Source of the DNA: an uncultured archaeon
GTDB taxonomy: Archaea; Asgardarchaeota; Thorarchaeia; Thorarchaeales; Thorarchaeaceae
Direction of reading: 5' to 3'
DNA length: 32,000 nucleotides
Assembly: GCA_964354495.1 (NCBI GenBank)
Contig: CAYHAA010000012.1
Span: 63,209 to 95,208 of the forward strand
Shown here: positions 8,118 through 17,724 of the stretch, piece after piece
Numbering within the stretch: position 1 is the first letter of the stretch
Layout of the letters: the number at the start of each line of letters is the position of its first letter
The notes under the pieces: generated by a model
The model's database searches: none
Told to the model about the DNA's origin: nothing
What the model saw: the letters and a program-made list of their open reading frames with translations, nothing else
Position numbers and translations under genes: made by a program

Positions 8118-9094
8118 AACTGAGGTCTCTCCTTTCAGAATCAGTGAAACCGCTAATTCTAGGTCACCAGAATGCTGATCCGGATGCAGTCTGCGCAATG
8201 ATTGCGCTCTCCACACTGTACAGGATAGTCCATCCTGCAGGAACACCCATCCTCCTAGCTGATGATTTGAGCCGTCTGTCTCATCAAGTCATAGATGCTT
8301 TCACCTCCGGTGTATCAATTCTTGAAACATCAGAAGTCGTGGGTGATCTTGTCATTCTGGTCGATACGAATAGCATATTCCAGCTTGGACCGAAACTTCA
8401 GAAAATACCACAAGACCCTAGCAAGACCATAATAATCGATCATCATGAGTATAACCCCGAGGTTGAGACTCTATCCGAACACCGACTGGTGATGAGCGAT
8501 CGTTCGTCAACCTGCGAAATCATCGTTGGTATCTTTGAGGAAGAAATGATTCACATTGACCCTGCCACTGCCAACCTCTTGCTCACAGGAATCATTTTCG
8601 ATACGAGGCGGTTCTATTTTGCAGACATTAAAACGCTTCAGACAGCCATTAGACTAATTGAATATGGTGCAGACTATGAACGATGCATCAAGGCTCTCCT
8701 GATGCGTCCAGACCGCTCCGAGAGAATAGCTCGTCTGAAGGCAGCAGGAAGAATCAAGATTCACACGATTGGGGACTGGGTGCTTGCCACTTCTACGATT
8801 AGCGCGTTCGAGGCAAGCGTGTGTAGAGCTCTCATCGATATGGGAGCCGATGCGGCAATCGTTGGTGGCAGCCCCTCAAAAGGTGTAGTGAGAGTCAGCT
8901 CACGAAGCACTCGTGAATTCTCCGCAGCAACGTCAGTCAATCTTGGCAAGGATGTGATGGAGCCTCTTGGGGATATCATTGGAGGAAAAGGTGGCGGCCA
9001 TGCAAATGCAGCTGGAGCCAACGGCACGAAGGGTCTTGAAGAGGCAATTGTTAAGTCTGTAGAGATGATAAGAACAATCATAGAGAGAGCATGA
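8114..9094 (+). CDS. DHH/DHHA1 phosphoesterase (NrnA-like oligoribonuclease/pAp phosphatase)
   Basis: HQNADPDA, LVDT, IDHH, GIIFDT and GGKGGGHANAAG motifs; ATGA overlap at 8114. Confidence 0.9.
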   Translation: MKLRSLLSESVKPLILGHQNADPDAVCAMIALSTLYRIVHPAGTPILLADDLSRLSHQVIDAFTSGVSILETSEVVGDLVILVDTNSIFQLGPKLQKIPQDPSKTIIIDHHEYNPEVETLSEHRLVMSDRSSTCEIIVGIFEEEMIHIDPATANLLLTGIIFDTRRFYFADIKTLQTAIRLIEYGADYERCIKALLMRPDRSERIARLKAAGRIKIHTIGDWVLATSTISAFEASVCRALIDMGADAAIVGGSPSKGVVRVSSRSTREFSAATSVNLGKDVMEPLGDIIGGKGGGHANAAGANGTKGLEEAIVKSVEMIRTIIERA

Positions 9095-9126
9095 GCCCTC
9101 AAGTGAATCCTAGGAGATCATAGTCA

Positions 9127-9969
9127 ATGTCATTGATTGAGTTTCAGGACTTCAGTTTCAAATATTATGGGACTGATTTCCTTGCACTCAAGAAGATCAA
9201 TTTGACTATTGACGAGGGTGAATACATCGTTATCACGGGACCCAGCGGATGTGGCAAGACTACACTGTGCAGAACTATCAACGGACTTGTGCCACAGTTT
9301 CATCGTGGATACATTGCTGGGAATGTCATTGTCAACGGAATGAACACCCGCGACCATACAGTGGCGGAAATGGCCACAATTGCAGGACTTGTCTTTCAAC
9401 AACCAGAGAACCAACTTGTCACACTCAACGTCGAGAAAGAGATTGCATTTGGCCCTGAAAATCTCGGTGTAGAGCCAGCAGAGATACGCCGCAGGGTGGA
9501 GGAGCTAATCGATCTCTTGGAGCTTGAGCATCTTCGAAACAAGCATCCTCACGAGATGTCAGGAGGGGAGCAGCAACGGGTTGCAATAGCATCGACACTG
9601 GCGCTCAAACCGAAGATACTCGTTGCTGACGAACCCACATCAAATCTTGATCCGAAGAGCGCCGAGATGATTCTGAATATTATCTCTGGATTGAATAAGC
9701 GAGATATGACTGTTCTCCTGGTGGAACATCGTCTGGATCTTGTGTCGAGAGATGCAAGCCGGATTGTCCTCATGAATGAGGGAAGAATCGTTGCTGATGG
9801 TCCGCCCAGAGATGTTCTTGCGATGGATCTGTGTCAAGAGATTGGTGTCGGTGTACCCAAGGCAACTCTTGTCTATAGGAGTCTGAGAGAGCGAGGTATA
9901 CGCCTAGGAAACGTTCCGCTCAGTGGGCAAGAACTAGCCCAAATGGTGAAGGAGGCGGCCCGCCCGTGA
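9127..9969 (+). CDS. ecfA1: ECF transporter ATPase EcfA
   Basis: GPSGCGKT, VFQQPENQ, MSGGEQQR, LVADEPT and VEH motifs. Confidence 0.93.
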   Translation: MSLIEFQDFSFKYYGTDFLALKKINLTIDEGEYIVITGPSGCGKTTLCRTINGLVPQFHRGYIAGNVIVNGMNTRDHTVAEMATIAGLVFQQPENQLVTLNVEKEIAFGPENLGVEPAEIRRRVEELIDLLELEHLRNKHPHEMSGGEQQRVAIASTLALKPKILVADEPTSNLDPKSAEMILNIISGLNKRDMTVLLVEHRLDLVSRDASRIVLMNEGRIVADGPPRDVLAMDLCQEIGVGVPKATLVYRSLRERGIRLGNVPLSGQELAQMVKEAARP

Positions 9970-10790
9970 TAATGACTGAGAGTGTTCATTTTGCCTATGA
10001 GGGCATCTATACCGCCTTACGGGGGGTCTCTCTTCAGATTGATGATGGCGAGAGAGTCGCCATAGTGGGCGCGAATGGCGCTGGAAAAACCACACTTGTG
10101 AAGCATCTCAACGGTCTTCTTCGCCCACACAGTGGAAGGGTCATCCTTGATGGTGTTGATACAAAGCAATATTCCGTTGCTGAATTGGCTAGACAAGTCG
10201 GCCTTGTGATGCAGAATCCTGATCACCAGCTGTTCCTTGACAGTGTGGAGAAGGAGGTTCTCTTTGGTCTCAAACAGCTCGGATTTTCTGAGGAGATTGC
10301 AAGAGAGCGATGCAAAACAACTCTATCGAATCTTGGCATAAGCAGTCTATCAGATCGCTCCCCATTCACCCTCTCTGGCGGCGAGAGAAAACGAGTAGCC
10401 CTGGCCTCAGTGCTCGCCACAGAACCCCGTGTACTAGTACTCGATGAACCAACAATTGGTCAGGATGCACGACAGAAGGAGAATCTCGCACGCATGCTTA
10501 GAGACCTCAATGAGACCGGGAGAACTGTCATTGTCGTGACGCATGACATCGAGTTCGTTATCGAGAACTTTCCGAGAACTATTGCCATGGCAAATGGCAC
10601 AGTGGTCGCAGACGGCCCAACGAACTCAGTCTTGAGCAATGATGCAGTCATTGAACGATGTTCGCTCACTACTCCACAACTCACACTTGCAGCGAGGTCA
10701 ATTCACACCTCATTTCCTGATGTCTCTGAACGCCTGACACTCTTGTCCAATCTTGAAGAGGAAATCGAACGAGTCCTGGGAGGTGTCTAG
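9966..10790 (+). CDS. ecfA2: ECF transporter ATPase EcfA'
   Basis: GANGAGKT, MQNPDHQLF, LSGGERKR, LDEPT and VTHD motifs. Confidence 0.93.
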   Translation: MIMTESVHFAYEGIYTALRGVSLQIDDGERVAIVGANGAGKTTLVKHLNGLLRPHSGRVILDGVDTKQYSVAELARQVGLVMQNPDHQLFLDSVEKEVLFGLKQLGFSEEIARERCKTTLSNLGISSLSDRSPFTLSGGERKRVALASVLATEPRVLVLDEPTIGQDARQKENLARMLRDLNETGRTVIVVTHDIEFVIENFPRTIAMANGTVVADGPTNSVLSNDAVIERCSLTTPQLTLAARSIHTSFPDVSERLTLLSNLEEEIERVLGGV

Positions 10791-11553
10791 TCTGTCATTT
10801 CTCGAAGTATTCCAATATACCCACCAAGACTCCATAATCCATCATCTGGATCCGCGCGCGAAGCTCCTCATGTCGATTGTATCCGCGATTATTTCTCTGT
10901 CATTCCTAGAGATACTGCCCCTCCTGATCATCCTTGCAGTATTGATTCCCTTGCTTATCGCTGCGAAGTCATTCAAGCGATGGCTACGAAGTATGAAGGG
11001 GCTCTCCGTATTACTCGTGTTCATTCTCGTGGTCAACACGCTCCTCTTAACAAGCCCATACCCATTCAACCATTCGGTCGCTCTTACCCTGAGGTTAGTG
11101 GCCCTCATGACCTCTTTCTCAATTTTCTTCCTCACGGTCCATCCCGATGAGCTCTCGCAGGCGTTGATTCAGATGCGGGTTCGGTTCGAGTTTGCATTTG
11201 CCATGAGTATGGCAATGAGGTATGTACCTACTCTCGGCCAAGAGGCATATGCAATCATGGATGCTCAAAAGGCTCGCGGAGTGGAGCTTGATAAGGGAAA
11301 TCCATTGAAACGTATCCGAAACATAGTACCGATCATAGTACCTCTCATTATTGTATCAATTCGTAGAGCGCTGTCAATCGCAGAGAGCATGGAATCAAGA
11401 GGATTCGGCGCAAGTCCCAGTAGAACATACATGAATAGGCTCTTCTTCAAGAAGCGAGACTGGGCAGTAGTGTTCATCTCCTTGCTTGTTCTATTTATCT
11501 CAATCTACATTCGTTTCTACATAACCCTGCCAGTCTGGTCTATTCCCTTCTAG
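10783..11553 (+). CDS. ecfT: ECF transporter transmembrane component EcfT
   Basis: HHLDPRAKL, AMRYVP, AQKARG and AESMESRGF motifs; GTG 10783 overlaps the ecfA2 end. Confidence 0.93.
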   Translation: MSSLSFLEVFQYTHQDSIIHHLDPRAKLLMSIVSAIISLSFLEILPLLIILAVLIPLLIAAKSFKRWLRSMKGLSVLLVFILVVNTLLLTSPYPFNHSVALTLRLVALMTSFSIFFLTVHPDELSQALIQMRVRFEFAFAMSMAMRYVPTLGQEAYAIMDAQKARGVELDKGNPLKRIRNIVPIIVPLIIVSIRRALSIAESMESRGFGASPSRTYMNRLFFKKRDWAVVFISLLVLFISIYIRFYITLPVWSIPF

Positions 11554-11615
11554 CCTGAATCAATCAACTCTCTTTTAAGGCAGTTCCTGAGGAAATCCAA
11601 CAAGGATAGAGCCGA

Positions 11616-12959
11616 TTGATTCAATCTGATAGAGTCATCACGATGAAGGAGCGTGAAGTTGCTCGAGGTGAGTTTGTTCTCTACTGGATGCAGGCTTCAC
11701 AGAGAGTTGAGTACAATCATGCTCTTGAATATGCGATCCACCGAGCCAACTCAGTGCACTTGCCACTTCTTGTCACCTTCTGCCTTGCCGATGAGTTTCC
11801 AGATGCAAATGCATCACACTATCAGTTCATGCTTGAGGGGCTTCAGCAGGTCAACACAAGTCTGGAAGAAGATGGTATTGGGTTCATAGTACAACTTGGT
11901 GAACCTGCCCATGTAGTTCCTGAGATATCTGCAAACGCGGCATTGCTGGTCACTGACCGTGACTATCTTCGAATGCAGAGAAAATGGAGGCAATCGACCA
12001 TCGAATCTGTTGATTGTCCTGTCTATCAAATCGAATCCAATGCTATTATTCCAATCGAAACAGTGTCGAACAAAGAGGAGTACTCTGCCGGGACCCTCCG
12101 CCCCAAGATGCAGAGAGTGTTGCGGGAATACTTCACTCCCTTGAGCCATCACAGGATTGAGAGGAAATGTCCTGACCTTGGATTCAAGGGGCTGGACATC
12201 ACTAGTGTTTCTGATGTCATGAGTCACCTGAAACTCGAGAACTCCGCGGAACAGCAGGTCCGTTTCCATGGCGGACCAATGAGCGCAAAACGCGAGCTCC
12301 AGAGCTTCATTCGGAACAAACTCAATCAGTTTGGCGATTTACGCAATGATCCCTCTCTTGATTATCTATCGAATATGAGTCCCTACCTTCATTTTGGAAA
12401 CATATCTCCACTCTTTGTCGCTCTTGAGATACGGAGGGCAGGAGGTCCAGGAGCGGCATCATATCTTGAGGAACTAATAGTGCGCAGGGAGTTGAGTCTG
12501 AATTTTGTATACTTCAACAGAAACTATGATAATCCTGAGTGTCTTCCAAAATGGGCTAAGGAGTCCTTAGAACTACATGCCTTCGATCCCAGGGAGTACT
12601 CTTATTCTTTCAGTGACTTGGAACAGGCAAAGACGCACGACCCGTATTGGAATGCGGCTCAGACTGAAATGGTTCGATTTGGAAAAATGCATGGCTACAT
12701 GCGGATGTACTGGGGCAAGAAGATCTTGGAATGGACTGAGTCGCATTTTGTCGCATTTGAAACAGCTCTCAGGCTCAACAATATGTACGAATTAGATGGT
12801 AGGGATCCAAATGGGTATGCGGGTGTCGCATGGTGCTTTGGCAAGCATGATAGAGCTTGGAGCGAACGTCCAATTTTCGGCAAGGTCCGGTATATGAATG
12901 ATAGAGGACTTGAGAGGAAGTTCGATGTCGATTCCTATGTTACTGCGATTTTGCAGTGA
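11616..12959 (+). CDS. phr: Class II CPD photolyase
   Basis: VLYWMQ, SNMSPYLHFG, EELIVRREL, HDPYWNAAQ, MHGYMRMYWGKKILEW and DGRDPNGYAGVAW motifs. Start is TTG 11616 or ATG 11643. Confidence 0.95.
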   Translation: MIQSDRVITMKEREVARGEFVLYWMQASQRVEYNHALEYAIHRANSVHLPLLVTFCLADEFPDANASHYQFMLEGLQQVNTSLEEDGIGFIVQLGEPAHVVPEISANAALLVTDRDYLRMQRKWRQSTIESVDCPVYQIESNAIIPIETVSNKEEYSAGTLRPKMQRVLREYFTPLSHHRIERKCPDLGFKGLDITSVSDVMSHLKLENSAEQQVRFHGGPMSAKRELQSFIRNKLNQFGDLRNDPSLDYLSNMSPYLHFGNISPLFVALEIRRAGGPGAASYLEELIVRRELSLNFVYFNRNYDNPECLPKWAKESLELHAFDPREYSYSFSDLEQAKTHDPYWNAAQTEMVRFGKMHGYMRMYWGKKILEWTESHFVAFETALRLNNMYELDGRDPNGYAGVAWCFGKHDRAWSERPIFGKVRYMNDRGLERKFDVDSYVTAILQ

Positions 12960-13041
12960 TTTGACATGGCTGACTACACCCAGACATGATTTATCTTAAC
13001 AAAGAGCTAATACATTCTGACGTTCGGTAGGTGAAACAGCC

Positions 13042-13608
13042 TTGCAGTTGACCATGAGGAAGAAGTATGCTGTAAAGGATGTCATGAATGATTTGAAGAA
13101 GATAGGCCCGTCTCCTGGTCTGCTTTGTGAGGTAGGTTCGAAATTGATCTACTTTGAATGGAGTTCCTGCGAGAATCTTCTTGGAACCAATCATCCTGTC
13201 ACTGTACACCTCAGAGAAGCACTCGACTTCATGGAACATGGGTATGAACGACTGCTAGTCGAAGGTGAGCTCTGGAGAATCAAGGACACGCCACAGACTG
13301 CGATCAACGACTTTCTCAAGGGTCGCCCTGCCGAGTTTCTTGACTACCCATTGGATCGACCCGTGGAATATATCAGAAGTCTTCTCGAGTCCGTAGCAGC
13401 AGCAAGACAGGAAGAGGTCAAACACTACAAACAGATGGAGGCGGGGATCCGTCAAGAGATAGAGGCAGACTCCAAGAATCCCCAGCTGTGGAACAAGTTG
13501 CGTCTTCTTCTCTGGATGATTGGGGACTACAATGAGGCAAGCGAGGCATTCAAGACTGCCAAGAGCCTTGGTTGGTCCAAGGAAAAGAGCGCAATAGTGG
13601 CTCTGTGA
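13042..13608 (+). CDS. Hypothetical protein with one C-terminal TPR-like motif
   Basis: NPQLWNKLRLLLWMIGDYNEASEAFKTA fits a TPR pattern; SD AGGTGA before TTG 13042. Confidence 0.7.
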   Translation: MQLTMRKKYAVKDVMNDLKKIGPSPGLLCEVGSKLIYFEWSSCENLLGTNHPVTVHLREALDFMEHGYERLLVEGELWRIKDTPQTAINDFLKGRPAEFLDYPLDRPVEYIRSLLESVAAARQEEVKHYKQMEAGIRQEIEADSKNPQLWNKLRLLLWMIGDYNEASEAFKTAKSLGWSKEKSAIVAL

Positions 13609-13715
13609 ACGGATGCAGCAGTCATCCTCTGACAACTCGGGAAGATGTAAATACGAGCAACTGACTGTCTGTTCGGGGATGCACAATCAGAACCAGTGAA
13701 GGCTCCGGAAACACA

Positions 13716-14618
13716 CTGAAACCGCTTGTACTCCTCAATGTCGCCGGTACCCGTGCGAGCATCTCTGCAGTCGCCGTTGATGACGATTATCTCTATGCTT
13801 CCGATAGTGACGGAAACCTTACTATTTGGAGCAAACCGAACATGGATGCGCCTCTAGTCCTCACTGGACAGACATCAACGCAGATAGAATCCTTGTTATC
13901 AGATGGGCAATATCTGTACAGTGGAAGTATCTCTGGTGACACTGTCATTCGTGTCTACAACCAAGACTTAGATCTCATACATATCATCAGGGGGCACGTG
14001 GGGACTATCTTCGACATGTCAGCGGACAGTAGGCACCTGATCTCTGGTTCAGGTGACGCCACAGTAAGAATCTGGGAGAAGTCTGCTTGGAGTCAGGTTG
14101 GCTCCGTTATGGCGCAGACTCATTTCGTTCTCTCAGTTGCTCTCGATGATGAATACATCTATGCTGGAGGCATTGACAACTGTACCAATGTCTTCAGCCG
14201 CTCCTCACTCAAACGAGTAGCGTCACTCCACGGTCATGATGCAAACGTTCTCGCTCTTGCAGTGGATGATAGGTACGCATACTCTGGTTCCGGAGAACTA
14301 TGGTGGGGTGGACCTGGATCGCCGCGTCCCAGCGTGTTCGAGAGTGCAGTCAGAGTATGGGACAAGAATGACTGGAGATGCATTGAGGTTCTGGTTGGCC
14401 ATCAGGACAATATCAACGCACTTGCTGTCGATAGGCGATTCGTCTACTCCGCTTCAGATGACAGTACAGTTAGAGTCTACTCAAAGGAAGACTGGTCTGA
14501 AGTTGCATTAATCGATATTGGCCTAGGAAAAATAGTTGACCTGACGCATGATGACAAATTCCTCTACTTTGCTTGTACGGATGGGAATGTTCGCTACATA
14601 GCAAAGAACATGTTCTAG
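13716..14618 (+). CDS. Seven-bladed WD40 beta-propeller protein (start uncertain)
   Basis: Six WD repeats follow ATG 13842 and a seventh lies in frame upstream (GTRASISAVAVDDDYLYASDSDGNLTIWSK). CTG 13716 is a tentative start. Confidence 0.8.
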   Translation: MKPLVLLNVAGTRASISAVAVDDDYLYASDSDGNLTIWSKPNMDAPLVLTGQTSTQIESLLSDGQYLYSGSISGDTVIRVYNQDLDLIHIIRGHVGTIFDMSADSRHLISGSGDATVRIWEKSAWSQVGSVMAQTHFVLSVALDDEYIYAGGIDNCTNVFSRSSLKRVASLHGHDANVLALAVDDRYAYSGSGELWWGGPGSPRPSVFESAVRVWDKNDWRCIEVLVGHQDNINALAVDRRFVYSASDDSTVRVYSKEDWSEVALIDIGLGKIVDLTHDDKFLYFACTDGNVRYIAKNMF

Positions 14619-14786
14619 CCGCTGAAGGTCAAAAAAAGCTGTCATATCTTCAATCTGATGGAACCGCAGCTTTCAGAATCTATCACTTCCGTTTCTTACT
14701 TTCTCTCAGCTGCTATCGTCAAACACCGAACCTGCAGTCTCACGCGTATAGATATGTCATCTCTACTTGATAGTGAACACAACAAA

Positions 14787-15062
14787 ATGAGCGGACAAGC
14801 CATGATGACTGGAATAAGACTGCCAAAGAGTGCTCTTGTGATCTTGGGAATTCTCCACAAAAAGGGGCCAATGCCTCCCAGAGATATCAGTAAGGAAACA
14901 AAAGTGCCCCTGAGGACAGTGACCTTTGCATTGGACAGGCTTGTGAATGCGGATATCTGTCAAAAAATACCGAATCTAGGTGATATGCGTCGGACGTTAT
15001 ATGTCGTCGACCAGGAAAAGGCACGTTCTATCTTCATCAGGTACGGAAAGATGTTCTCGTGA
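14787..15062 (+). CDS. Small winged-helix transcriptional regulator (MarR/TrmB-like)
   Basis: LPKSALVILGIL..KGPM...DI..ETKVPLRTVTFALDRL and wing NLGDMRRTLY. Start uncertain (ATG 14754, 14787 or 14802). Confidence 0.8.
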   Translation: MSGQAMMTGIRLPKSALVILGILHKKGPMPPRDISKETKVPLRTVTFALDRLVNADICQKIPNLGDMRRTLYVVDQEKARSIFIRYGKMFS

Positions 15063-15103
15063 ATGTCCCTTCCTGACATGAGATTCGCTGGAGTTATCCA
15101 CGC

Positions 15104-15502
15104 ATGTTGACACCTACCAAACTACTGCATCAGTACCAGCGAGCTATGGCAGAACCAGTCAAAAACGGCAATGATGAGTCAGTCTCTATCCTGTACAGCA
15201 CAGACTGGGTGAAGATTATGGTCGTGAGAGACCGGGAGTCACCAGAGACCTGCTTCATCGAGGTCGAGATATCGCTGCCTCCATGCACCATTGATCCCTC
15301 GACAGATGTCGAGTCTCTTCATAATGGGACTGCAAGGAAGTTCATCGAGGACACCATCTCTCATCTTAGGTATTTGCTCCGATTGGAGGAAGCCGGTCTT
15401 CTCATAGGGATTCTATCTGCAGAGGGAATCTGGAGTGCTTCGCTCGCAGTTCGGGAACATCCCGATGAAAGACTGTTTGAAGCCCTCATACCACCTTCCT
15501 AG
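15104..15502 (+). CDS. Hypothetical protein
   Basis: 132-aa ORF with protein-like composition filling the gap; family not recognised. Confidence 0.7.
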   Translation: MLTPTKLLHQYQRAMAEPVKNGNDESVSILYSTDWVKIMVVRDRESPETCFIEVEISLPPCTIDPSTDVESLHNGTARKFIEDTISHLRYLLRLEEAGLLIGILSAEGIWSASLAVREHPDERLFEALIPPS

Positions 15503-15615
15503 GTCCATGCTCCTTCTAGTAGTTCTCTCTACAGTCATACATTATCGAAACAGATGATGTCGCGTCCTTTATGAGGGCTGGCATCATTTTGGAAACTGCC
15601 AAGGGATGTGTTTCG

Positions 15616-17637
15616 ATGACGATTGACGTGTCGAAGGCGATGGAAATCAAGCTATCGTCCGAGTTACCCCCAAACCCAGTATTCAACCCTAAGATTCGAA
15701 GGGCCCCAGATCGAGGTTATGACCTGAATGAAACGGAAACCGTGATTGCAGTCAAGAATGCATTACGGTATATTCCAACTGAGCTGCACAAAAAACTGGC
15801 ACCAGAGTTCCTGAATGAATTGATGAGGCGAGGTCGAATCTATGGCTATAGATATCTACCTCAAGGCGCCATCAAGGCGCGACCAGTGGATGAATACACA
15901 GGAATTCTAGAGGCCCGAGCAATACAATTGATGATTGACAACAATCTTGATTTTGATGTCGCCCTCTATCCCTACGAACTTGTCACGTACGGTGAGAGCG
16001 GTCAGGTCTGTCAGAATTGGATGCAGTACCGGCTCATCAAGAAGTATCTTGAAGTCATGACTGACGAACAGACCCTGGTTGTCAGCTCAGGGCATCCAGT
16101 CGGGCTCTTTCCATCACGAAAGGAGGCTCCCAGAGTCCTTTCGACTAATGGTCTCATGGTGGGGATGTTCGACACTCCTGATGGATTCCACCATGCTGCT
16201 CAGATGGGCTCAGCCAACTATGCACAGATGACGGCAGGAGGATGGATGTACATCGGGCCACAGGGAATCGTGCATGGAACCTACATCACTCTGCTGAATG
16301 CTGGTAGGCTCTATCTAGGACTGCCTGATGACAAGGATCTTCGGGGTAAGGTATTCCTGACCTCAGGTCTGGGAGGGATGAGTGGCGCGCAGGCAAAAGC
16401 GATTGAGATTGCTGGGGGTATTGGTGTCATTGCTGAAGTCGATAAGAGCAGGATAGACACCCGACACGAGCAAGGGTGGTTGAGCAAGTTTTCATCAGAT
16501 TTGGACGAAGTCTTTGAGCAGGTCGCTGAGTATAGACAGAGAGCTGAACCAGTCTCTATCGGGTACCATGGAAATGTCGTGGACCTTTGGGAGTATGTCT
16601 TAGAGCGGAATATCAAGATCGAGCTTGCTTCTGACCAGACTTCATGCCACGATGTCTATTGCGGCGGGTATACTCCTCAGGGTGTCACCTTCGAGGAGGG
16701 CAGAGCTATTCTCAAGAATGACCGGCCTCGCTTCAAGAAACTGGTCGACGCCTCACTTCACAGGCAGTTCGAGCTTATTGAGGCGATGACAAAGCGTGGG
16801 ACTTTCTTCTGGGACTATGGCAACTCCTTCATGAAGGCAGTCTTTGATGCTGGTGCAACGCGTATCGCAAAGAACGGTATAGACACATCTCTGGGATTCA
16901 TCTTTCCCTCCTATGTTGAGGACATCATGGGTCCAATCTGCTTTGATTATGGGTACGGCCCCTTTAGATGGGTGTGCCTAAGCGGAAAGCATGAGGATCT
17001 GGTTCAGACAGACAAAGCAGCCATGTCAAAGATAGACCCTAATCGGAGAGGGCAGGACCGCGATAACTATCACTGGATAAGAGATGCAGAGAAGAACGCG
17101 TTGGTTGTTGGCTCTCAAGCACGAATCCTCTATACTGATGCACAGGGCCGAGTGAGTATTGCGTTGGCATTCAATAGATTGGTGCGGGACGGCAAGGTCG
17201 GTCCAATCATGCTGGGTCGAGACCACCATGATACAGGAGGTACTGACTCTCCATTTAGAGAAACTGCCAACATCTATGATGGGAGCAATGTAATGAGTGA
17301 CATGGCTCATCAGTGCTGGTCCGGAAATGCAGCTCGTGGCATGACGATGTGTGTCTTATCTAACGGAGGCGGCGTGGGAACTGGTAAAGCAATCAATGGG
17401 GGGTTTGGATTGGTCCTTGACGGGTCTGAGCGAGTTGATGCCATTATCAAGTCTGCTCTGGACTGGGATGTCATGAGTGGAGTAGCTCGTCGTGCGTGGG
17501 CTAGGAATGAACATGCTATTGAGACTGCCATTGAGTGGAATCAGCGGCTTGGAAACAAGGGGCACATCTCACTTCCATATATCCCAGATGATGGCCTTGT
17601 GGAACAGCTCGTTAGGAAGAGAATCAACAAGTCATAG
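15616..17637 (+). CDS. hutU: Urocanate hydratase, long form
   Basis: YPYELVTYG, QMTAGGWMYIGPQGIVHGT, GLGGMSGAQ, SDQTSCH and LGRDHHD motifs; ATG 15616 preferred. Confidence 0.97.
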   Translation: MTIDVSKAMEIKLSSELPPNPVFNPKIRRAPDRGYDLNETETVIAVKNALRYIPTELHKKLAPEFLNELMRRGRIYGYRYLPQGAIKARPVDEYTGILEARAIQLMIDNNLDFDVALYPYELVTYGESGQVCQNWMQYRLIKKYLEVMTDEQTLVVSSGHPVGLFPSRKEAPRVLSTNGLMVGMFDTPDGFHHAAQMGSANYAQMTAGGWMYIGPQGIVHGTYITLLNAGRLYLGLPDDKDLRGKVFLTSGLGGMSGAQAKAIEIAGGIGVIAEVDKSRIDTRHEQGWLSKFSSDLDEVFEQVAEYRQRAEPVSIGYHGNVVDLWEYVLERNIKIELASDQTSCHDVYCGGYTPQGVTFEEGRAILKNDRPRFKKLVDASLHRQFELIEAMTKRGTFFWDYGNSFMKAVFDAGATRIAKNGIDTSLGFIFPSYVEDIMGPICFDYGYGPFRWVCLSGKHEDLVQTDKAAMSKIDPNRRGQDRDNYHWIRDAEKNALVVGSQARILYTDAQGRVSIALAFNRLVRDGKVGPIMLGRDHHDTGGTDSPFRETANIYDGSNVMSDMAHQCWSGNAARGMTMCVLSNGGGVGTGKAINGGFGLVLDGSERVDAIIKSALDWDVMSGVARRAWARNEHAIETAIEWNQRLGNKGHISLPYIPDDGLVEQLVRKRINKS

Positions 17638-17724
17638 ACGATTCAATAAGACGTCATGTCCTGGCAGAGAACGCGCAAATCATTAAATTCCCCCAGTCCT
17701 AGACAAGAACAGAGGTGCGCCAAT

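Noticed and set aside
13662-13664. Selenocysteine recoding of the in-frame TGA (Sec machinery is reported in some Asgard lineages)
   Set aside because: The context (TSN*LSV) is not a redox motif, and no convincing SECIS was seen after 14618; retained only as a minor alternative.
14631-14637. A7 run (T7 on the minus strand) as a terminator
   Set aside because: No supported minus-strand gene ends there.
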